Assembly (NCBI RefSeq): GCF_001194135.2
Contig: NC_068992.1
Span: 43,340,520-43,385,332, forward strand
Origin: Octopus bimaculoides
Taxonomy: Eukaryota
Direction of reading: 5' to 3'
DNA: 44,813 nt
Both the position numbers and the translations under genes were made by a program. Shown here piece after piece: positions 1-11,143 of this stretch. How positions within the stretch are numbered: position 1 is the first letter of the stretch; every line of letters begins with the position of its first letter. The notes beneath the pieces were generated by a model, which was not told where the DNA came from, made no database searches, and saw nothing but the letters and a program-made list of their open reading frames with translations.

Positions 1-199
1 ATATATATGGTGAGAGGGATAACTCCCTTGGCAAACAGGACACAGTCGTGTGTCGATAAGCCAGCTGGAGGAGATGTCCTCCTGGGGCTAAAAGCAACAG
101 TAACATCCACCCCTAGGGGTCAGCCACACTTAAGTGGCAATATACTACACTTTATCGTGCAGTTACTGTTAATACTTCATTTAGAGAATTAACATTGCT

Positions 200-231
<32 letters not shown>

Positions 232-769
232 CATGTATGTATGTGCCCACTAGCTTTCAGGTACAGAGTACAAGGTTGCCTATTATGACGTTATCCAACG
301 TGTTCTGATCTAAGAATGTAGAGTATGGTCTAAGATATATTTTGCTGATATTTCTAGCAAATCAAGTGACAGCATACTGTCCTACCCCCACGCCCACCAC
401 GCTCTTTATCTCATAAGCATCATCTAAGTGTCGATAACCATAAATTGGAGTAAGGGTACTTCTGCTTCTTTCTTACAGTTTTTCAATTGTTCAATGAAGG
501 CAATTGATTAGGGAAATTCCGTTCATCATGAATACTGGCTCTGTATGACTGAATGTTTCACAAGTTTACATCGCCATCACGAAGTCCGAAGTTCGATATC
601 ACGGCGTAACATCTTTGGCGTGTGGAATTTTCGATAACCTTGATAGAACGAAAACAATATGGAAGCCCCGTCATAGTGACTCTTCCTGTAATCCAAAACG
701 TACAACCTTGTCACTTAGTCTCCAACTTAATCTGGTTGAGAGTTACGTAACCAGTTCACATACAGATGG

Positions 770-900
770 AACATCCTGCTACTGGCATGTTGGTTCCATA
801 AGTGCGTAGTTTCGATTCCAGGACGGGTTGCGAGTTGTATTGTTCAACAAGTTACTTCATTTCACGTCGCTCTAGTCCATTCAGCCATGGGAACCAACCC
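770..900 (+). mobile_element. Degenerate tRNA-derived SINE fragment (family S3)
   Basis: B-box-like GTTTCGATTCC followed by ttgtattgttcaacaagttacttcatttcacgtcgctctagtccattcagc; resembles the heads at 17330-17460 and 44600-44700. Confidence 0.45.
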
Positions 901-906
901 GCTATT

Positions 907-913
907 GTTACAG

Positions 914-977
<64 letters not shown>
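907..977. repeat. (CT)n(CA)n compound microsatellite
   Basis: Directly visible; CT-rich degenerate tract continues to ~1205. Confidence 0.95.
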
Positions 978-978
<1 letters not shown>

Positions 979-2413
979 TTTCTCTCCCTTATTCCCTCAA
1001 TTTTTCTCTCCCTCACCTCCTTACTTTTCTCATTCATTCACTCATTTTTTTCTCTTTTTCTCTCTCTCCCACTCACTCCCACACACAAACTCTAACTCTC
1101 ACTCCCTCAATTCTTCTCTCTCTTACTCTTTCACTCATTCACACTTTTTCTGTCTTTCTCTCACGCTGGTACTCTTTCGCTCTCTGTCTCTCTCGCTTTC
1201 TTTCTCACTCCAAAACCACAAACTCTGCATCCATGGTTAAAGGAACCAGAGATTGCACCCATGCCTGCTTGGGACCCTAAAACAATCGGTGAAATTTTTG
1301 TACATGTATTCCAGTCATACGCACCCAAGAGTGAGGGCTGATTCTACCGCACGATCATCTCCAAATTACTGGTGACACATAAAATGTAGGGTAGCAAAAT
1401 TCCTTTTAGAACATGAAAACCTTTTTCTTGTACAGTCAGTCGAAAACCCATATACGAGACGACAGCAGGTCACAGGACTCACACGGATCGAATGCGCAGT
1501 ATTTCAAGGTCTTAACCGTCGGAAAAACCCCTTTTGTTGAAATCCCATAATATTCAATTATGTCTTTGACATTTCTGGCATCAATAAAAAAATTACCAAT
1601 CAAGTCTAGTGGGTGGGGAGGGGTCATCTTAATCCTCTGTTCCTTTAGTCCCCAAATTTCTAGCCTTGTGCTTTCAGAAAAAATTATCAAGGGACTTGGA
1701 TTGGCAGATTTGCTACAGCGTCCTTTAAAATACCTTGTGATATTTGTTCTGGCTCTTTCTTTTCAGACTTCGTATATTACCTTGTCTTTCAGTTTTCCAG
1801 AGTCCATAAAATGAAGAAACAACCTAGTATTGGGGTCGATATAATTGATTATATCACTTTGGAAAATTTGAGGCATTGTGTCTACGTAAGACACTGTTAA
1901 TTAGATGTACGGGTATTGACTGTGTCAGTAGTATAGATTAATTATTGATTGTAAAGTGAATCCAATGTTTGGAATTCTCAAAATAAACATTAACATTGCT
2001 TGAAATACGAGGGTATAGATATTTGTGCGTGGATGTTTCTTGAGCATTAGACAAAGAGATAGAAAGTCATGGAGAGACATAGAGAGACAGAGAAACATAG
2101 AATGAGAAATAGGGAAAGAATGGCGCGGGTCAGAAGGGAAAAGAGGCCAATAAAATGAAATTAAACACATACACATACACACAAATAAATGCACAAACAC
2201 ATATAGATAGAGAAAGAGAGAAAAGCAGATAAATAATACAGACAGAGATATGGAGGGTTTTACGGACATATATACACATACACTCACAAATATATATATA
2301 TATATATTTACTTATATTTATATGTATATATAAATATATATTAATATTCATATTTATATATATATAAACATATATACATATTTGAATGTGTATATTATAC
2401 GCGCATGTATTTC

Positions 2414-2449
<36 letters not shown>

Positions 2450-4736
2450 NNNNNNNNNNNNNNNNNNNNNNNNNNNNNNNNNNNNNNNNNNNNNNNNNNN
2501 NNNNNNNNNNNNNNNNNNNNNNNNNNNNNNNNNNNNNNNNNNNNNNNNNNNNNNNNNNNNNNNNNNNNNNNNNNNNNNNNNNNNNNNNNNNNNNNNNNNN
2601 NNNNNNNNNNNNNNNNNNNNNNNNNNNNNNNNNNAGAGAGAGAGAGGGAGAGAGAGAGAGAGAGGGAGAGAGAGAGAGATACATCCATAAATATATACAT
2701 ACATAGAGTGTGCGCGTGTTTGTATGTGTGCGCGTGCGTGCGCGTGTGTGTATTCAAAGTGAGATCTAGCGAGATAGATAATTAGACAGATAGATGCAGA
2801 TATAGAAGCAGACAGGCGGACAGAAACACAAACAGGCAGAATTTGAGGGAAATACATACATTTATATATTTATATATATTTATATATATACTCACACCCA
2901 CAGAGAAGGCGGGAGGGAGAGAAGTAGAGGTGGGAGAGAGAAGAAAGTTCTACTATCACTAGCAGACATCTTAGATGTAATTCAAAGGCTGTTCTATTTT
3001 AATTACCTGAAATTTATGCGTCAAGTAAATTGATATAAATTAATACAAACAGCCATATATTAATTAACAAGTGTTTCTAACGCAGACAGCATACAGTCCG
3101 TTAGACTACTAATATGTTAACATTGGTGTTGGTCTTGATGTTTTTACTGTTGTTGTTGTTGCTGTCAGTTTGGCCTCAGCCTGACGTAGGTCCTTCGTAT
3201 TCAAGCAAATCTTATTAGCCTATGACCAAAAGACGTTCCTTCCGTGACAGTGCCATTTTTTCCACGTTTCGTTTTGTCTTATTTTCAGATATACCTTTAT
3301 CTTTATATCATTGAAAACATATATATTCGTCTCTTACTTTGTTGACACGAATGAGTGTAATTTGAGGAAAATTTGAGTGTTACTTTTAGCATGTCGATCA
3401 ACAAAGTAGAGACATCTTCCTTGCTTCGAAGAGGCGATTTTGTTACTTTTTTGATTTTTTTATATTTTGTTTGTTTGTTTGTTTTTGCTGATCTCCTTCA
3501 ATAAAAGTACCAATATTGAAGTGGCAAAGAAAAATGGTACAAAAATCAACAGAAACCTATCACAAAATAAAGATTTTAAATTTCAAAATTGCACTGGTAT
3601 AATAGTGAAACTTAGGACTCAAAATCTTCCAAACCTATTAGACGGATATTTTTCATTTTTCAACAATATTTATAAGTTTAACTAAACAAAGTTCAAAATT
3701 AGATCAGAATGCTTACACAAAAAATTATTATTCCATAATTAAACGAAAGAATACAACCCTAGGTACATAAAATATAAACAATTATGCGGGAATAAAGTGT
3801 GGTGCCTTATTTAAACTCAGCAGATCGTGTAGAACGCTTCAGGAGAGACAGCTCATACATAACATTAGAGAACCACAATGATAGATTCACAGCCATCCAA
3901 GACGCAGAAACATTAACAGAAGAAGTAAACTATGAATAATCTAAAAGCACAATATTAAAATTCTCTAAGCGTACAATTAAAAAGCATATCATTGTCACAC
4001 CAGCTTAATAATATTGAAGATAAATCAAGAATCACCAAGATCGATACTGTAGAATGCTAACCGTCCATTCCTAAGGGACTTCTCCTGAAAACCACAGGAG
4101 TTGCAAGTGAATACGATATATCTCGCACGAATATCAGGATTATGAGTATTTTTTTAACTTATGAAGGCCCCTAGCTGGTTGTGACTTATAGATACGAATA
4201 TTTTAATATGAATATTATTAACTTGAACGAGCAAAGATTGCGACCTTTTTTCGGTCTATATTTGCAACATATACAAAAAAATATAACACTGTTCACTAAC
4301 AATGGACGATACAGAGACCTCTGACCTGTAGCGTCCAACAATATGATCGGAGGTGGACAATCTCAGATTTTGTGAATCAACAGTTATGCTAGAATGTCCT
4401 ATTTGAACGCCTAGTAATATTTGATCCGTCACTGTTTGAAAGTTGGAACCCGCCTATGTCAAATATTTTATCTTTCATTCTTTAGAGTTTGATAACGTAT
4501 CATTCCGGGGTAGTGCATGTGAGGAATCGTTAGAACATTGGACGAGAATCTCTGTTGCATCCATTCCCATTCTGACGGCAACAACTGAAACAACACTGAT
4601 GCCTCGTCCTTTTTCTTGAATAACATTGGCGATGCGATAAGAGAGACCAGCATGCATTGGCTGCTGCAGCTTATGAACAAACTTTCAGTCTGGAACTCTA
4701 CGATTTGTCGAGATATATGATGACACCCGCCAGCAA

Positions 4737-5174
4737 TTTTTTTTCTTTTCTACTCTAAGCACAAAGTTCGAAAATTTTGTGGGAGGGGGCCAGTCGATTA
4801 GATCGACCGCAGTATGCAACTGGTACTTAATTTATCGACCCCGAAAGGATGAAAGGCAAAGTCGCCCCCTGCGAAATTTGGGCTCAGAACGTAAAGACAG
4901 ACGAAATACTGATAAGCATTTACCCCGGCGTGCTAACGTTTCTTATTTCTTTACTGCCCACAAGGGGCTACAAACAGAGGGGGAAAACAAGGACAGACAA
5001 ACGGATTAAGTCGATTATATCGACTCCAGTTCATAACTGGTACTTATTTAATCGACCCCCGAAAGGATAAAAGGCAAAGTCGACTTCGGCGGAATTTGAA
5101 CTCAGAACGTAGCGGCAGACGAAATACCGCTAAGCATTTCGCCCGGCGGCTAACGTTTCTGCCAGCTCACCGCC
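4737..5174 (-). mobile_element. Composite SINE S1: B-tailed unit (5174-4944) followed by A-tailed unit (4943-4737)
   Basis: Reverse complement starts GGCGGTGAGCTGGCAGAAACGTTAGC (A box) and has GAGTTCAAATTCC (B box). AGAAACGTTAGC is duplicated at 5149-5160 and 4932-4943. The two units end in different tails (..CCCCTTGTGGGCAGTAAAGAAATAAGAA vs ..TGTGCTTAGAGTAGAAAAG). Confidence 0.9.
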
Positions 5175-5704
5175 TTTCGCCAGGCATGAAGAGGCAGCCT
5201 CAATATCAATAGTATATGACTCGTCTTCTATCCTTCTTTTCCTTTGATACGATTAAGATCAATTTCCAATATTGTTATCAAGAGGGGATTTTTTAAAGGG
5301 TTTAGTTGATATCAACATCCCTAATACCTAAGTACTAGTGAAGCAAAAGCAGAAGCAGCTGAGACAAGTTACAACTGGATCTGGTGAAGGAAGAATGGAA
5401 GTGAATTTCAAATGGAATAATTTACTTGACAGTCAACTAAAGTTCATTGGCTATGGGGCACCTTCACCAACCAGAAGGGTTGCAATCCAGACAGTAGCAT
5501 AGAATATGATAACAGAGGGGTGTCCGAAAATCATGATTTGCATGCGCCTCGGCTTCCTTAGAACGTAAGAAGGTAAGAGCCGAAACACTTGCATGAGGAG
5601 ATAATCTTCTCTGAAGAATTTCTGCTGTTCAACTCTCTTTGGATTTTCTTAATACCATCACTGATATATGAGCTTATCAACTCTTTGAAAATTAAAATTT
5701 ATAA

Positions 5705-5800
5705 AATAGACTTTAGCCGGATTTGAACTCAGAACATAAATGATTTCTAATTAAATACTGCGTAGCTTTCCAGTCCGATGCTCAACCAGTTCTTGAAATC
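5705..5800 (-). mobile_element. Degenerate SINE S1 fragment
   Basis: Reverse complement contains GTTCTGAGTTCAAATCCGGCTAAAGTC, matching the S1 B-box region. Confidence 0.5.
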
Positions 5801-7491
5801 CACTTCTGTTCTGACTTGATTTGATTAATATTGCAAGCGTCTTTGGGACTTGAAATCAAAACTAATCGATATACACGAAATGATAGAAAAGCATTGAAAC
5901 CCATTAGAATTCACCATTCTATTGGAATGAGGAGCCATCCCCAAAAGTATTACATTACAAGCACTGAAGGAAAACAACTGAGAACATTTTAAAAATGTAA
6001 ATAACCAAACAAAAAACAGAATGCAATTCAATAAAGCACTGCTGAATATTGTAAACTTTGGATTTGCCCAAAATTATTTGAATACTAGAAAAATCGGAAA
6101 AATCGAATGTTATTTGTTTGGCCTGTTGAAACAGACAAATCAATGCAAGCCATGTATATGGTTTTGTTGATGTCGTATTTTTTTGTATCTTGTTATTCTA
6201 TATTTGTTTTTGTTTTGTTTAGAGAAAGACGTTGTAAGCAGAGGGTTGTATTGTTTTTTCTGCCGTTTTATTGGTTTATTTTGTCTTCTTTTGGATAAGT
6301 TATATATATGTATCAACACAAACACACGTGTATACACACGCACATATGCATATATATATATATATATATATCCAAGGAATATAGAATTGTAAATAACAGT
6401 AACCTAATAAGGAAACTGCAAACAGAACGAAAAAAGCCAATAAAATACAATTGTTCATTTATGAAGATCCAAACAGAGTTTCGTAGGACCCTTAGGGTTA
6501 ATGTGCCAGACCACAAGCGATATTCAGCAGAGACAGAAACACGCACGCACGCACACGCACGCACACGCATACACACACACACAAACACACACATCCACAC
6601 ACATCCACGACGCACATATATGCACACACAGATATGTATGTATGTATGTATGTTTGTATGTATGCTTGTTTGTTTGTTCCTGTCGTTGATAATGATGTTG
6701 TTTCGCCGCCATAAACACCGATGTTACAAACACAACACACAAGAGAATACAATAAATACAAGATGCAGCTATTTTTCTTCCCGATGCAAACTTTTGTCAA
6801 TGAAGATAAAAAGTAATTTCTTTCTTCTAGTATTTCTTACAGCAAATTGGTAACTGATAGCCGGTTATTTGATCTATCGTAGATTCCAGTCACCTTAAGC
6901 TTAACTTTGCTTTCTATGGAGACGTTAATAATGAAATTATTTTATAAATGAAAAGCGTTTCGTTGACAAAATAGGGAGAGTGAGGGATGAGAAGTTTTAT
7001 GGATCCATTCTGTATATTTTGTGTTCAAATACATCTGAGGTGTAGTTTCTATTTTGTGCCTGTTGGGGTCTGATAGAATAAGGACCAGGCAGTTTAAGTC
7101 ATATCCTTCTTATTCTTGTCTTCTTCTCTTCCTTTTCCTCTATCCTTTCCCTTTTTTCTGCTATTTATATTTTCTCTTTTCTTCCTTCTTTTTCTCTTCT
7201 TCATCTTCTTCTTCTTTACTGTTTCTTTCTTCCTTTTTTTCTTTCTTTCTTTTTCCTTCCTTCCTTTCTTTAGTTGTCTTCCATGCTGCCGGTTTGAAGT
7301 TATCTTCCGCTCTTAGATCCAAAAGTTACAAACGGTTTCAAAGGCTTATTACAGCAAACTATATTACATCAAATTATGTAACACACTGCTTTGCCATTGT
7401 AGTGCATTTGAGTTCAAATCCTACACGGTATACTTTATCTACTCGGTATACATTATCCGTCACCCTGTTTAAGACCATTATGTTTAACTTT

Positions 7492-7706
7492 GGCGGTGAG
7501 CTGGCAGAAACGTTAGCACACCGGACTAAGAGTTTAGCGGTATTTCGACTGCCTTTACGTTCTGAGTTCAAATTCCGCCGAAGTCGACTTTGTCTTTCAT
7601 CCTTTCGAGGTCGATAAATTATGTACCATTTGCGTACTGGAGTCGATCTAATCGACTGGCCCACTCCCCAAAAATTTCGGGCCTTGTGCCTAGAGTAGGA
7701 AAAAAA
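7492..7706 (+). mobile_element. SINE S1, A-tailed monomer (empty-site form)
   Basis: GGCGGTGAGCTGGCAGAAACGTTAGC...GAGTTCAAATTCCGCCGAAGTCGACTTTG...GTCGATCTAATCGAC...GGCCTTGTGCCTAGAGTAGGAAAA; only one AGAAACGTTAGC (7506-7517). Confidence 0.9.
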
Positions 7707-9514
7707 TTGTTACTTTTAGTAGAGGAGTTCATTCTGCTGTAAGAATTTGAAGAACATTTTTGAGTATCTTTCTAGGTCTTATGGTATGTTTCTAGGTCCG
7801 TCCCACTAGTTGCAGACGCTCCGTGAAGAGGCATGATCATTGCCTTCTCCCTGATTTAAACGACAAGATAAATAGACGCTGTAGTTCCTACTTTCTCGAA
7901 GTCATTAAAAGCAATTCAGCAAATTAGTCATTAAACTTTTACGTTTCTATCTTTTCTCAACACTGTTTTAAAAAATCATGATTCCGATAACTTTTTTTTA
8001 AATAAATGAAATTAGTGAGGGAATTATTAATAACAGAAGTCATATTTCGATTCTACGAAAGGAAATTTGATAAAGTTTTCTAGAAACCTCGATGGAGTAG
8101 GGATGGGGAAAACTAATGAGTTTCTAACAAGGAAACATCCTAGGTTTTATATAAAACCATCCAGAGTAAACAAAATAATATTTTTCACATACTGTAATAA
8201 CTTGTGTATAAAACCTAATGAGTTTTTGATTTATAATTGGTCCTTTTTAAATCGCTGAGGTAAGCTGAATGTATTTTCAGAGAGTTTTATATCGGGAATA
8301 AATGTATTGTTATCGGTTGTATCAGAAAGAACACTTCAAGGCCGTTGTAAATGATGTAGTCAAGTGGAAATGTTATTTCTTATTGAGAAATATCTTATTA
8401 TAATATTTGTTATTTAAACCATAAAATATTATCAAAGACTTAACTACGAAATCTAGTTTTCGTCGTAAATGGTATTATCTATCCAACCTCTCATAATAGA
8501 TTTGGAACTTTTCTCTCAACAGACTTATGAGATATTGTATACTGTCATTATTAGATACATACCAGATAATTTTAGTCTTATAAAGAATCTTTTTTCAAAT
8601 AAAGTTCCTCCATGTTCTTCACAATACGCTCTTTTATAAATATAGAAGTTTCATGTTGAATTTTGAAAATCGTCTGACTGGTACGTAGATGGTTGCTATT
8701 CTGTTATAATATCATAGGAATGACTATTAAGAAACATTGGCAATTATGTTTATCTTTTGGACACAATATCTACGGATTTTTTTTTATGCGTAAATGGACG
8801 ATTTAATTTTGATTTGTTGCATCTTCCTTCTAAAGCAAACTAAGATGAATTAAACAGTTAAAGAAATTAACGTTAAACAGAAGTGTAAATAAAAATATGT
8901 CGTGAAAGCTATTTTGAGATGTATCAAGAAAATGTTACCATTATCTGCCAGAACCGACTCTTGGAGTGTGGAGCGGGTTATTCGAGAGCTTTGAAGATTC
9001 AACAATGCCAGCAGGATTTTTATGGGTCCCGGCGCTCAGAATCTCCGGTGGGTCTCTTAAGAAACTCTTGCAAGGCAGTATGGTCTATGGGTTAAGTATA
9101 GGTTCTTAATTCTTTCATAGAAAAGATGACACGTAAAGTTGGTTTCAGTGTGATTTGAACTCATATCCCATCAAGACATCATGGATGTTTCAATTTACTT
9201 AAAATCCTGACAGTGGTCTCTATGCACTCTGCAATGTTCTAAATAAATGATTTCTTTGGATTGTACACAAAGGATCGAGTGTTTAAGAGAACAGGGATAT
9301 GAAGTTTTATGATGTGTAATAAATTGGTTTGACTTTAGAAGCGAAATTGTTTCCTGGGAGGTCGCCTCTTGTTCTATGGCGCAGATTTCATAATCTTGGT
9401 TTAACACAAGGGTACATATTTTATAGGAAATTGATAAAAGGGAATTAGAGAATCTACGAATATCAAAGCTTATTTGCAGCAGCAGCAGCAGCAGCAGAAA
9501 TGGAGCGCATCTGT

Positions 9515-9600
9515 GCTCTGAGATCAAACCGCATCGAGGTCAGCTTTCATTCCCTTTAGAATCGATAAAACGAATATCGATTGGTGGAATCGTATTTGTT
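9515..9600 (+). mobile_element. Degenerate SINE S1 fragment
   Basis: CTGAGATCAAACCGCATCGAGGTCAGCTTTCATTCCCTTTAGAATCGATAAAA aligns with the S1 core. Confidence 0.45.
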
Positions 9601-10024
9601 CTGTCCCCTTGCTTTCGGAGGCCAATCCTCGAAACTGTGGTCAGATAATCCTGAAATACATATTAAAACATTACACAAAATATATAATAGACTATACATA
9701 TATAAAAGAATCATACATTATTTAAAATCTCGTATGTTTGTGGTAAATCATAAGTGTTGTCAGTTATTCTATATTTTCACGTGAAGACCATGCGGTTGTA
9801 ACAAAATCATACTTTCTGTCAAATATATTTCTCTGTAAAACACACACACACATACAAACCCACGTACGTATTTCTCAACATAATTTTGAATGACATTAGG
9901 TGATCACTTCTTTCAAATTAGGCAAATTTATTATTATAAATGAAAAGAAAATTATATATCTCTTTTCAACGTTTTTCTGTGTTAAGTTTTAATAAGTTAC
10001 TTCCTTAACAACAAACACACAATC

Positions 10025-10039
10025 TTTCTCTCTCCCTCC

Positions 10040-10071
<32 letters not shown>

Positions 10072-10175
10072 CTTTCTCTCTCTCCCCCTCTCTCTCTCTA
10101 TCTCTCTCTCTCTTACTCTCTCTCTCTATTTCTCTCTCTCTTACTCTCTGTCTCTCTCTCACACACACACACACA

Positions 10176-10207
<32 letters not shown>

Positions 10208-10209
10208 GA

Positions 10210-10275
<66 letters not shown>

Positions 10276-10307
10276 GACTCTCTCTCTCTCTCACACACAC
10301 ACGCACA

Positions 10308-10345
<38 letters not shown>

Positions 10346-10355
10346 TTGTATATAT
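10025..10355. repeat. Compound (CT)n/(CA)n/(TA)n microsatellite with repeated (CT)n(CA)n blocks
   Basis: Directly visible. Confidence 0.95.
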
Positions 10356-11053
10356 ATATAACCTTCCCTCTCAATCAAGAGAGAGAGAGGGACCACTGTT
10401 CTTACCTCGATCTCTCACCCAACTATCATGTTCACACATGCTCTGTTGTATGTTGCTATGGGTCCTGCTTGTGATCCATCAGACATAAAAGATTTTTTCT
10501 GGTCAAAGCTATTTTATTATACCAAGAGGATTTCATAGGCATCTTAATTACAAAAACGTTGAAGTCACTAAAAATAATGTATACGCAGACATTGTTAGAC
10601 TGTCAAAATCTATGGTTTGCTGCAAAGAATATTGTACATAGAAATAAAACCATTTCGAAACAAATGTTGATTTTGATCTATTAAATTTTTCTTTTGTCTT
10701 AAGATAGTTTTACTTTCTATTAATTATTTCTTTTGATATAATATATAATTCGAAGAAAAAATATATGAATTTTTCTGGGCATAGAACAACGGGTAATACA
10801 ACAGTTAAGATATTTTGAATCGCATTGAATACATACTCACACTAGAAGAACGATCTTTTATGAGTAAATGCATCAAAAATGTACTCAAAAGAAACTTAGT
10901 CTATGATAGTAAATTTTAATTATTTTCTTATGGTTGTTTCTATAGATATTCTGTATGAATTGTAACCACTTCTGATTTTTGCTACTACGTTTCGTATCGA
11001 TACGTCAATAACATCACACCGCTGTATGCGGTGGCTATATAAGCAATGTGTTT

Positions 11054-11143
11054 GGAGGCGAGAATGGGTTTAGATACAGGCTGATGAAGGGGAAAAAGCC
11101 CCCCGAAATATGGCATATACACTCAATACCCATTTTTGTCTTC
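11054..11143 (+). ncRNA. Type I hammerhead ribozyme-like motif
   Basis: CTGATGA at 11081-11087; GGGG/CCCC stem II; GAAA at 11105-11108; near-palindromic stem III ATATGGCATAT; H17 = A11119. Closed by a 16-pair helix (11054-11069 with 11128-11143) containing four G.U pairs. The inner part of stem I is imperfect. Confidence 0.6.

Noticed and set aside
480-790. Faint resemblance of minus frames (GCTFWITGR, RGFHIVF) to an RTE-type endonuclease
   Set aside because: Motifs are scattered over three frames with many stops; cannot be supported without a search.
4470-4700. Overlapping short ORFs and an acceptor-like CTTTCATTCTTTAG
   Set aside because: No recognisable product and no matching donor or neighbouring exon.
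5260-5410. FPI..SRGDF / AEAAETSYNWIW resembling an RLE LINE C-terminus
   Set aside because: Short, frameshifted similarity only.
5830-5990. KRLWDLKSK..GAIPKS resembling an R4-like RLE C-terminus
   Set aside because: Two stops and no PD motif; suggestive but insufficient.
7492-7575. tRNA-like A and B boxes (also in other SINE heads)
   Set aside because: These are SINE heads; no complete cloverleaf, so no tRNA gene is called.
9195-9527. 110-aa minus ORF with a signal-peptide-like LLLLLLL start
   Set aside because: The start lies in a decayed SINE, the poly-Leu is a (CAG)n repeat read antisense, and there is no recognisable domain or splice support.
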